Source: Camelus dromedarius
Taxonomy: Eukaryota
DNA: 64,000 bases
Direction of reading: 5' to 3'
NCBI RefSeq assembly: GCF_036321535.1
Contig: NC_087449.1
Location: 70,432,001-70,496,000 of the forward strand
The position numbers and the translations under genes were made by a program. The notes beneath the pieces were generated by a model. The model was given only the letters and a program-made list of their open reading frames with translations. It had not been told where the DNA came from and did no database searches. Every line of letters begins with the position of its first letter. The stretch's first letter is position 1. Below, piece by piece: positions 1 to 11,900 of this stretch.

Positions 1-2797
1 CGTCAGGGATTGAGTAACTTCCTTTGCTGCTGCTTGGCTAGATGAAGGCTTATTCACTGTGTGCTGCGTTAACGTGTTACAAGAGCAGTTGTGCATGGGC
101 TCGTTTTAATATATTTTAATTGAGTTTTAAGAGTTGAGCTCATTTAAATAAATTTAATTATGACTAAGTCCCTCAAAGGAGTGACCAGAAGGAAATGACT
201 GAGTTATGCAGAAATAATGTCTTTTTTTTTTTTAGAGTGAGGGAGGAACTGTATCTAAATGAATCTTCCACATCTTTTTGAGAAACATTTTGTTTTTTTG
301 CATTGTTCCCCAGATGATTTGGGGACCCCTTTTGGAACATGCTTTTTAGGTCACTAGCTGAGAAAGGTGGTCTCGACCGCAGTTTCTTGTTCTGACCCCC
401 AAAGGCGCTATCTCTACTGCAAACGATGTGCTTTAAAGCATCCGCGCCACCACCAAAGACAGGACTTTCACCCTGGCTCCCATGAGGAGCGTGCGGCCTC
501 TGGAGACAGACCCAAGGGGTTTCAGGTATGTGTCCAGCAGCCGCGTCCATGCAGCCCCCACGTCCCCTGCGAAGTCACACCCAGGCTCCCTCTATGGTGG
601 CTGGACCTCTGCTCCGAGCCCTCAGGGGTCTTGTTTCAAGGGGTCGTGTCTCTTCATAGCACCCCTCCTTCCCTTGAGGACCTGTTTTCCGGTCATCTGT
701 TCCCCACCTCCATCCCGGGCTGGTCACCAGCATCCAGGGTGCCTCGTGTGGCACTCGCCTCTCCGTGAGTCAGACGCCAAACCCAGGGGAACCCCAGGTT
801 GGTCTCGAGAGCAAATCCCTTTTCCTTCAGTGATGTGTGTTTACACTCCAGGTTGACGGCACCTCAGGGGTGTTTTTTGGGGAGGAGGTGGCACTCAGAG
901 GACAGCCTGCTTGTTTGGGGGCAGTTCTTGTGGGATAGTAACAAATGGTGAAGCCAGCAAGACAAGCATGGCTTTCGTGGTTGTGACCTGTCCCCTTGTC
1001 CCCGTCCTGGGAGGGTGTGGCCCCCACGGGAGCAGGCGCCCCCTGACCTCCCTTGGCTGGTGTCCAGGGGACCTTCATCCCCCTCTTAATGGTGCTTCGG
1101 CAGGAAACTTTTTACTGTCTGTTCCTGGACTAGTGCACCTTCTTGGAGGGCCTACGGGTGGGGGTGTGCTGCGTGGTCGGGCCCTCGTGGCCCCGGGTCT
1201 GGGCATGGTTGGTGTCCCTGCACCCCCAGGTACCCCACCTCAGGGTCAGCAATTGCAGTGAGCGTGGCAAAGGTTGTCTGGGTTTTTGTTCATGGCTCAG
1301 CTGGGTGTGGCCTGGATTTGCTCCTTGTTCGGCTCTGTTGTCACCGTGTCCTCTTTCCTGGGTGGTGGTGGGGGGCCCTACTGGCTGCAGAGCTCGGGAC
1401 TTGTAGGGACAGAGGGATGGGACCCAGCTTTTCCCAGCTTGAGAGGACCTGGGTGAGGTGTTGAACCAAAACTGGATGAGAAGAGCTTCAGAAAATGCCC
1501 GGTGCCTGGAGGTACAGGTGTGGTGGCTCTGCCGCTGGCCGCAGCGCTGGTGTCCACATAGGGGCCCCTCCACCTTCCATGGTGACAACAGGGGTCTTGC
1601 TGGCTCTCCATGCCTTCTGTGCAAGGGACTCTGGGGCTGCCCTGAGTGTGTGTCCCGTAGGCTGGGCTTCTCGGTGGGGAGGCGTCCGGCGGGAGGCAAC
1701 CACGGTCTCACGCGTGGATGTCGGCCTCAGCTCCTCCCCAGATTCCCAGCTACTTCCTGCAGCACCAGCTCCTGAGCTGTGATCTGAACAGCTGACCCTG
1801 TGCCCACTGCAGTGCAGACCCGCAGTGGGAGAGGGTGGCCCCGCGGCCTTTTGAACTCTCTTCACCTGTAGTGCTTCCTGCCGTGTCCTTGGTTTGGGAG
1901 CACGTTTGCTGCTCCTCTGGGCCTCAGAAGACCTGTGGTGTCTCCCAGCTGTGGCCCACAAGGGGAGTGTGGGCATGGGGGGACCCGTGTGTCCTCTGCA
2001 AGCCTGTGGCCAGGGAGTCCTTGCACGAGCCTGTGGCCAGGGCAGACAGCACGTGATGTCTGAGTGCAAAGCTGGGACAGGAAGCCCATCTCCTGTAGAC
2101 GCTTGGAACCCTTAAAATGTTTATTTTTATTGACTGAGTTTGAAAGAACAGGAGTTTTGACCCAAGTGTGGTCCTCAGGAGGACAGCACCCAGGGCCTCA
2201 GGGCGTTGAGGTGACGTTCTTTCTCAGAGTGTGACTCTCGTCGCCTGTGGGCGCTGCAGGTCACTGACGCACACTCCCCCAGTTTCGCAGGATGCATGTT
2301 TGGTCAGTTTCCTTATCATTGACCTAGGTTACAGGAATGCCCGGCCTGGGAGCTGGGGGCGTCCCTGCGTGCCCCTCAGGCTGGCACCACAGGCAGCTGG
2401 GAGCCTGGGTGAGCAGTTCCGCTCTTAGACGTCAGAACACGGGTCCTGTGAACCTGCACCCCACACAGACCAGGACAGTGGTCAGGTGACACGGTGTCTG
2501 GATGACACGTCCCCTGGGTCCCTGTGTCGGTCCGTCCCAGGCCTCAGAGGTTTGAGTGACACTTTGACAGCCTCTCCTCCCCTTCCATGAAGGATCCTTT
2601 GTCTCCCATTTGGATTGGCTTCGCCTAGCTTGTGTAATGTGCTGCGGGATTTTTTTAAATTTGCAAGTGAAATACTTAAGAATTGAAAAGCTTGTTCTTG
2701 GTATCAACAAAATTACTCATCTAGTTCATTTCATATTCCTTTTTAGCATTTTGTGTCTTATTTAATCTAATCCTCTCTTTCCTTTTGTGTCTTTCAG

Positions 2798-2941
2798 CAA
2801 ACGAGGATTCAGCGTCCGGTCCTTCGGAACGGGAACTCATGTGAAGCTTCCAGGACCAGCACCTGACAAGCCGAACGTTTATGATTTCAAAACCACTTAC
2901 GACCAGATGTACAACGACCTCCTTAGGAAAGACAAAGAACT
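2798..2941 (+). CDS. SSU72: SSU72 exon 2 (144 nt)
   Basis: Acceptor ctttcag at 2791-2797; encodes (S)KRGFSVRSFGTGTHVKLPGPAPDKPNVYDFKTTYDQMYNDLLRKDKE(L); followed by GTATCC donor. Confidence 0.97.
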
Positions 2942-5900
2942 GTATCCCGGGGTGGCTTTGCCCCCCCTGCTTGTCTCTGCCAGGTGTCACCACAGGCACC
3001 TCTCTGACCTCCTCCTCAGGGGCGTCTGTGCGCAGGGTGCTGGGTCACTGGGTTTCTGTTCTGGTGCTCACGGGATGGTCTGAGGGTTGGAGCCACTCGG
3101 GGCCTCGGGCGTGCAGGGCGCAGGCGTGAATGACGTCCACACCCACACGGTCGGGGAAGGGTTCTGACACGACACAGAGCAGCTTAGGTAAGGCATGTGG
3201 GAGCCACGGCACCTGGCTTCTCCCACCGCGAGGCGCCCCTCCTTCCTCTGCAGGTAGGTGTGCTCTGGTACACACGTGGGGTGGCGCAGCACTCTGGTGA
3301 CGTTTCTGGAGGGTTGGGTGATGAGCTGGCCAAAGTACCCATAAAAGAAGCATGGTAGAAGCAGGTACTTTGAGAGGACTTGACTTTGTTTCAGGAAGAG
3401 ACCAGACAGACTGGGGCTGCTTCCCAGACTCACGTGAAAGAAGAGGTTATTTGTAAATAATTGATGTGATGGCGACACCGGGCTGTGACGGGTAAGGCCT
3501 TCCCTGCCTGAGCTTTGACCAGGCGTTCGTGATCACCGCGCACCGCGGCTGCTCTCGGCGCCTTGGCCTCCACTGTCACGGTGAGTGACTCTAGTTTGTA
3601 GGAAGCAGACCAGACTCTCTGAGTGAGAGGGGTATAGACACCAACTGGAAAGCCTTGTCTTCATGTTGGCACTCGAAATTTTTAATAAACTACGAATGTT
3701 CTCTGTACATCTGTAGATTGATTAGTCAGCTAGGAGGGCCCCTGCCCCCCCCCCCCATTGCCGCCCCCTCTCCTCCCCAGCTGCAAGTAGATCGTCAGTG
3801 GGGGCTTCTGGGAGGAGCACAGCCATCCCTGCTGGGGGCACGGGGGCGTTCTGGCTCATGTAGGCGCGGGCGCCTGAGGCTCACCGATCCCAGGAGTCCA
3901 GGGCGCGTGTGGGCCGGAGCGAAGTCCCCAGAGATCTTGCAGGGCGCCCCCTGCACGCCCCCATCTCCCAGGCCCCAGGACCTGCGTTAGGAGAATCTGC
4001 GAGTATTCAGCCGCCAGCTGTGTCCTGGCCTCCGCGTCGCAGTGCTGTGCTCTGCTGATGGCCTGGGTCCAGGCTCTGACTCAGGTTCAGCTCCGCGGAG
4101 AGGCCCCTCCCCTGGGCGTGTAATGAGAGTGGCCGGGCCCTGCGGGAGGCGGTCACTACGGTCCCTTCCCTGAGCGAGCTGAGACCGTAACTCCAGCCTT
4201 TTGTCAGCTGCACTGCAGACTCCGTCTAGTTCTGAAGATGGTTCTTCAGTTAGCACTGTTCCTTTTGAAGAAAACTCTTATGCTCAGTGTAAGGAATGAA
4301 AGCAGACACTAACACACGTGCCCTCATTCCCCTGCGTGTTACGAGGCCGGCGCTTTCACGTCTGAGCTGTGATCTCCCGCTTTTTGGGAATAGGCCACAC
4401 TAAGATGCTTAGGGGGTGGGGGCTGCTGATGAGTAGTGGGGTGGGGCCTGGCCCGTCTCCCCATCTGCTGGTGACAGGTGCACAACAGCTAAAACCCCAT
4501 GTCTGTGTGTGGGGGGTACCTGGGCTTCTGCAGAGGGATGGTTTTCATAACCTGCAGTGCAAAACTAGAAGAGTTCTCTAAGGTGTGATTCAGGGGTAAA
4601 CCACTACGTTCAAAAGTGTTTGATTTTCAGGGGAGAGAGTGACAAGTCGGGGGAATGCTCCTTGTTGGTCAGAGCCAGGAGCTGGTGGTGAGGGTCAGGC
4701 GCTGGGGGCCCCGCCACCCGCCTGAGGTCCCTGTGCACACACCCCTGTGTCCCCGAGGACATGTGGCCCCATGGTCACTGAGCCCTCAGTGAGTGACGTG
4801 CAGCCTGTTGGTACGGAAGCTCTTTATTCCTTAACCGTCTGGCCACAAATAGGTGCTTTTGGTTCTACCCATAAGCAGCAGCAGGGTGATGGGTGTGGCA
4901 GGGAGCAGCTGCCCATGGGGTCCCAGCCGCGGTGAGTGAGGTGGGCAGGCTGCTCGGGGAGTCCGTTCCCCCGCCCCTCCGCAGACAGATAGGGAGTGTC
5001 TTCTTCCCTGACGAGGGAGCAGTCCGACTCTGAGGTGGCCCACCCGCGTCAAGCATGCGGGACCCGGGGCCACACGCCCCTCACACAGCAGGCCATAGGC
5101 CGTTCCCACCCTGCGAAGCCCCCGGCCTCCCTGGCCTGCTGTCCCTGTGGCCCTGCCTCTCCTGGACGATTTATGTCCGTGCATTGTACCGCAGGGGCCT
5201 TTCTGTGGTGGCTGGTTCCTCCGGTTGTAGCAGATACCGAGCTGTCCGTTTTTAGGTGTAAATTTTACCCCCTTGACCTTAATTTTTGTCTTCCCTTTGC
5301 CTCAGTGCCCGTTGAATACAGAGCAGCTTCAAACTTGGTGTTTCGTGTGGGGCTTTAGCGTAGCTCCTAGGTCATGGTGGTGGAAGCTTCCAGATTTTTT
5401 TCATTTTCTGCCAGAGCCAGTTTCTACACCTGAGCTTCCATCTTCGATTGAGAGGAATCTGTGGCTGAACCCGCAGCCTACTTGGAGCACCTTTGGGGAA
5501 AGATAAGTCGTTTTCTTCTAAATGTAAGAGTGGCCAGCCTGTGGCCTCATGAACAGTGTCCCTGGGCCCAGTGGATACGGGAGTGGAGGGTCAGGGTGGG
5601 GGGCCCGGGAAAGGAGGGGCTGGCAGTGTCTTCACGGGACTCCAGGGAGTCCTCTTTTGCAAGTGTTCAGTGTCCACGTGAATCTTTCCAATAGAGAATT
5701 GATGTGAATTGTAAACTACTTGTCTTAAAGAGCAAGTGAATGTGTGGCTCTAAGTACAATTACGTGGTCCTGCCCGAACAGCGCCTTGCAGTGCAGGTGT
5801 GACTGACCCCGTCCCAGGCGCTGACTGTCCACGTGGTTGGAGGCTGGGCCCTGGGCCTGCGTCCAGCATGGTTTCTCTTCAGGGTCTTGTGTCATTAATT

Positions 5901-8900
5901 ACCTGCGGGGCTGTGTTTTTAACTATTTGTTCATTTCCATCTTCTCAGTTTCATTGTCTTTCAGGCTTTAGATTAATTGATGTGTATAGCCAGTTCTTCA
6001 CTGTGTACTTTTTGCTGTCTTGGAGTAAAAGGTAAAAATAAAAGTGATTTCTGAGAGTGTAAGCCCACAGGCCCCTGACCTCCATCCTGGGTGCAAGGTC
6101 AGTGGATGCGGCAGCCCCGTTTCTCTGAGGCCCCCGGGCTTCCCCAGAACCTCGTTCTTGGGGCCTCGTCAGGCTTGTCTCAAGCCCAGCCTACCTTCGC
6201 AGGCTGTGCTCGGTTGTGGGGTGGCTGCCTGTCTCCCAGCCCTGAGCCCCAGCCTTTCCTTCCCAGGTCCCCCAGGCTCAACCTCCCCCCCCCCCCCCCC
6301 GCTCCCGCCCCCGAGAGGGTCCCTTCAGTGTGACCTGCCTGCCCACCTCACTGATGGCCCTGGTTGCCCTCCCTCGCCCCGTGCCCATCCGGACACCGAG
6401 CGTGCCTGTCTGACCCCGTCCCATTCACCCTGGTTGCAGCTGTGGCTTCAAACCGTTTTTGAAAACTCTTTAACAGATGCGTGTTCCTGAGCTGGACACC
6501 GATTCCCAAGGAAGCTCTGATTCATTTTGCTGATACGTGAGGTTTTGGGGTTTAGGAAAGCACTCATGCCCACAATAAAAATTGCAGCCTTGAGATATTT
6601 CAGATGAGGCCAGAGCAGCGTGCATTCGAGAGATGCTGCCCTGCACTGGGCAGCCCGTTGCCCGAGGCAGCTGCAGGGGTCCCTCCCCAGTCTGGACACG
6701 GGCTGCACCGACTGCAACCCCTGCCTGAAGGGCTTGCCCAGGGCTGGGGGCGGGGGCCAGGCCTAGTCCCTGCAGCCGCGACAGGTGAGGTGCAGACGCC
6801 AGGTGTGTTGAAAGTGGGTGACACACAGTGGACCAGGCGGGTGGTTTCACTTAGCCTGAAGACCGGTGGTGAGGCCCTGGCAGACGCAGGCGTGGCGGGC
6901 AGCAGTGAAGCTGGGCTCTACGAGGTGGCGAGGGGCTCTCCCAGGGGTTCCCAAGTTCTCATTCGTACAGCCTGTGCGCTTTGCAGTAACTGCTGCTTTG
7001 ATTATCATCAGAATGAGTCCATTTTTTAGAATGAACAGATCCTAGCGTGACAGCTTCCGGAGTGGTGTGTTCAGGGCTCCTAGCCCTCCCCACCACCCTG
7101 CAGAGCCCCCCCGAGCTTAAAGCTGTCTGCTGTCTTCCTTGCATGTGCCCCCAGGTGTGCCAAGGGCACCCCTCTGGGGGCTAGTGAGCTGTGTATTCTT
7201 GGGATGACAGACAGCAGTGGCGGGGCGGCCCCGAGCCCTCTGCCTGCCCCCAAAGCACTGTCTCCCCACTCCTGTGCCCCAGCTCCAGGTTCTTCCTTTC
7301 GGGAAGGGGGCCTGACTCAGCCACTGGGGCCGCAGCTGGGCACCCCGTGCCATGCCAGCCTCCGGGCTCGTTGGCAGCTCCCGGAGCGGTTGTGGGAAAG
7401 CTGCCCCTGTGTTGCTCTGGCACTTTGCACGAAGACACAGACTGGGTGCCTCAGCTGGGGTGTCTCCTGCATCTATAACGGGGGTAGTCAGGGTTCCCTC
7501 AAGGAGGGGCAGAAGGCTCTGGTCCCTTGGTGTGTGCCTGGAATCTGAACTCCAAGGTGGCCGTGGCCAGCATTGGAGGATGGGGTGGTGGGCATCTGGG
7601 GAGCTGTGGCAGCTCTGAGGTGGGGCCTGGGTGGGCATTCATGTGTTGGGAGTGGGGTGGGCAGGCCCTGCCATGGGCAGAGGTGGGTCGGGGGTCCCAG
7701 CACCCGGTGGACACAGTGGGTACAGCTTTCCCACCGGCCTTGGTGGGGACTGAGTGCGTTCTGAGGGAGTCCTGCACAGGGACGCTGGTCCAGCCACCTC
7801 CTCCCTGGCCCCAACAGCTCCTCTGAGCGGGGACTGGAGGATTGAGTCTGCATCCTGGGCCTCTGGCCCACGAGGGGCTCCGGTCCACGCGTGAACCTTC
7901 ACCCTTACACTGCTGTCCTTTTAAATGAGGGACTTCACCGGGGTGCCTTTGGGGGACACACCTGAAAATGAAAATCACTGGGCACCTTCAGGCGGGATGT
8001 GGCTCTTCCCTGGAGCAGGTCTGAGCCTCACGGCTGTGGGTGCAGGGCCCTTCCCGGGGTGGTTTCCACTTCGAGGAGTCTGGCCCCGGAGCACTGTCTC
8101 TGTCAACATTTAGTGGGAGTGTCTCCCTGGGTTGGGGTGTCACCTGTAAGCTTTCAAATTCTGCTGTTGGCCTTTCCCTGGCGTGTGTGGGGATGCAGCC
8201 ACCCCATCCCACCCTACGCAGGGCGTCACCGTTACCCTCAGGACACATGGACAGTCTGTGAGGACTAGCTCTGCCTGGTGTGGTGGGCAGCCCTCGGTGC
8301 TTCTGTCACCCCGGGACGGCCAGCAGTGCCCGTCCTCCTGGCCCCTCTCCTGCCAGCGAGGCTCACGCATGCCTTTCCTCTGCTAGCATGTTGCTCAGAG
8401 GCCTCTGGACCCTGGGTATTCTCGGGTCCCCACAGGAGCCTTGCTGGGCACAGGTGGGCGGGTTGCAGTGACCGCTGACCTGGACGAGCCCCCCATCCTC
8501 CCTCTTAGCCAGATGGTTTGGTTTCTGGTGCAGACTGCGTCACCATGAGAGGGCCCAAACCGACTGCTCAGAGGGAGCGTGGGGTCAGCCAGGGACATCT
8601 GGGTCGGCGGCCACCCTGGGCTTTGTCCCTTTACTGCTTTTGGTCAACTTTTTTTTTTTTTCCGAGATTGCCTTATATCTCATGGCAAAACAAACATTTT
8701 TCTTTAATCGCTCAATAGCTGAAATTTCAGGGAGAAAGAGGGTGGTTTTATTTTTCATTGAACTGAGTGTTTCGGGTGGGTCTCAGGCGCTTCGGGGAGG
8801 TGGGGCAGTGGGCAGCGAGAGAACAAGGCCAGGGCGTCACCACCCACCTCCACCCCTGGGTGATGTGTGGGATTTAGTTGTTTTTGAATCATTTAAGTAG

Positions 8901-11900
8901 AAATGATTTGGTATTTGCAGACTAATTCATAATTTGAGGACTTTTTCTCAAAGTTGTAAGAGGTTAATTTTCCCTAAAACGCTCCAGCCTAGGGTTCAGC
9001 TTGCTTTGTCCTGTTTTGAGTTTTAAGTTTTTTATGCTGTTGAGCAGGTGGAGAGTCAGGTGTGTGCTGCTTGGAACAGACACTCAGACTGAAGATATTT
9101 TTCCCGTTGCATTTTTTTGCTTTATTTATCCAGCCAACTTACTAAAAATTTTTCGTCTTGAGCTTTCTCTCAAATGTAAATAACTGTCGTGTTTTACCCT
9201 GTTTGGACAGCTAGTCTCCGTTTTTATTAGTAAAGTCTGCCGAAGCTGACTCCGGTTAGGCAGTGTTGCCGCAGATCCTCGTCTGTTCCTTCAGGCTGAC
9301 GTCAAGCGGCCTGGAATGAGCTGGGCCCTGAGCTTTGACCTCAGTGCCCCCCACCTCAGCCTTCTGAGGAGGTGGCAGGGGAAGGATCTCAGCCTGCTTT
9401 CTGTTGGTTCTTGCTGTTTTTTTTTTAGAAAAAAAACCACTTTTGGGGAGTGTTCCCTTTGGAGGAGGAGGAGGCATAGTTCTCACCACCCCGTCCCCAC
9501 GGAGCCTTGTGCAGGGGGGCCTGGGGTGCAGAGCCCTTCGCAGGTGACGCCCCCAGGTGTACGGGCAGGCGGGTGTTGCTCCTGCCACGGGCGTGCCCTG
9601 GGGACCGAGCAGGTCAGTAGTGCCAGTGCCGCTGGTCACACCTGGGACATGGTTACGAGTGTGTTTCCACTCCCTGTTCACTTTGCTGACGCTGGCCCCA
9701 CAGAAGCAGCTTTGCTGCCACTTTGCAGTTTGGGGGGCCGTTGTCACGCCCCCACTTTGCTTGGCCCTGACGTCTCCCTCTGCTGCCCTCGCCCCCTCCC
9801 AGGCCCGGGCCCCAGCGCTGGCCCTGAAGCCTCTCCGCGAGGCAGGCCCCTGGTCCCCACGGGTTCTGCGCCGTGTGGACACCCCCCACCCGAGAGGTCT
9901 GTTCCTCACGTTCTTAATCTTCCTCCACGTAAAACGCGTGGTCCTGACGGCGGTGCAGCTTCTGCGTCCGGTGCTTCCCATGCTGTTCTCAGGGTGTCTT
10001 GTGTGTGCCCCGCTGTCACGGGGTCTGCAGCAGCCAGTGTGCTCCTGAGTCTTCTGTTTGAGGGCCAGGCCGCTTAAGGAGAAACGAGTTGTCCAGAAGG
10101 TCCAGTGTGGACAGGGCTGAGCCATCCCGCCTCCCTGGTGGCCTTTGCATGTGGATCTTGGGCTGGTGTTTCTCATGAGGTTGATGCACGGAAGGTAAAC
10201 CCTGGGGGTGTGGTGACAGTGGAGCGTAGATGACACCTGTGAGGCCGTCCTGGCCACAGGTGTGGTGTGCCCTGTTCAGGCCTCGTGCCCATGTGAGGTG
10301 AGGGCGGCCAGTGCTAAAATTTGGACGGGGTGCCGGAGCTGCTCCCAAGACAGGGTGGGAGTCCTGTTTCCCTACGGAGCGACCTGTGTGCTGAGAGCCC
10401 GAGGAGCTCCTAGTGCACGGGGGGCTCCTGGGGGCCTCCCCTCCTCCAGCACAGGCACACTGGCAGTGGGCGGGGGTCTAGGGCCCAGACATGGTGTGGA
10501 GCCATCGCCTTGGGCTCCAGGGGAGCATGTGCCTGAGCCCTGCCAGCTGGTGGCCTGTGCCCGCTGCCTCTGGAGCCACTCTGCCCACAGGAGGGTTCTT
10601 GGACCACTCTGAGCCCCCATGCCTTCGAGGACCTTCCCCTGAGGGCACTTGGGCCCCTACTTAAGGGCGTTTGCATCTTATGTTTCAGTTTGATCAAGCT
10701 CAAAGCTGGAAGTAGAATCAGATGGGGGACTCACAGGGACCAGGATGTTCCAGGGGCGCACCCCACCCAGGGAGCCCCAGCTTGTGGGTTTGGGGTCACA
10801 TCCCAGGCTAAGCCCCAGAGTAGGAGGACCTGAATTTGGCCTGGTGGTGTTTGGGGGCAGAGGCGATGATACAGACCAGGACGTCCTTGGGCTCTGGACC
10901 TAGGCGTCCTCTGTTAGTGAAGCTCCTGTGCCTTCGATCAAACCAGGACCTGACCGAGCACAGAGCATGTTCCCTGACGGCCCCGGAGGCCCCCGCGTGT
11001 AGGGCAGAGCCAGGCTCTGTGGGCCCAGGGTCAGGAGGTTCCAACATCTCGTGGCTGCCAGGAGAGAACACGAGCATGGGGAACAGCGGCCCCGGAGCCC
11101 ACCTTCTGCCCAGGAACCGCCTGACGGGGTCAGGGACCTGCACCGCCCCTGCCTCCCCTCGGAGTTCTGTCTCCCCTTGGAGATCCTGCTTCTGCTCTCA
11201 ATGTTCTGAGCCGTCTCCTCCAGCTTTGTCTCCATCATGCCCGCTGGGCGATGTCTGTGGGGAAACCGGGCTTGTGCCGGCTCGCGCTGGCTCACCTCTG
11301 ACCCTAGGCAGCTTCTGTCCCTTGGGGTTGTTGGGGGCATGGGGCTGGGCCTGGAGGAGGCCCTCGTTAGGGTCGGATCCCCCTTGACGCTCAGCAAGGA
11401 CGTGGGGCTTGGGCACCACTGTTAAAGCCAGGAGGGTCAGAGCCCTTCCCCCAGCTTGGGCACCTCCTGCCTCGTCTGGCTCCCGCCTCTGCCTGCGCTC
11501 TGACTGCCTCCTGGCTCCTCCTGGGAACATCTCTGGACGTGGGTTTGGGCGCGGCCCCCTTCCCACAAGAGACCCCCTCACCTCTCCGCTCGGGGTGGTG
11601 CCTGCCCTGCTCTAGGGGAAGAAGAACGGTGTGTCCCGCTCACCAGGGACGTCACCACAGGCTGCAGAGGACTCAAGAAGCCCTTTCCCGGGGCCCGTAA
11701 GTCAATGTCCGCGAGACAGACTGTTCCTTTGGGAATCATTGTAGAGACAGAACTGTTCAGCTGAATCTCTGTCTCATGCACTGAGGACGTGTGTGGGGTG
11801 GATTCGTGGTTGGGGTTAAAGCTGTGTCTGAAAGACTGAGGTGAATTGGAGTAGATGGGCATGTCCCACCCCGGGAGACGCAGATCCTTAGAGGAAGAGG

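Noticed and set aside
3318-3420. GTGATGA box-C-like motif suggesting an intronic snoRNA
   Set aside because: No CTGA box D at a suitable distance and no terminal stem.
6285-6300. C16 homopolymer (also G13 at 16606-16618 and a C run near 3745)
   Set aside because: Simple homopolymers, common and error-prone; no further structure.
9256-10257. 333-aa and 253-aa ORFs in SSU72 intron 2
   Set aside because: No recognisable domain or splice architecture; expected at this GC content.
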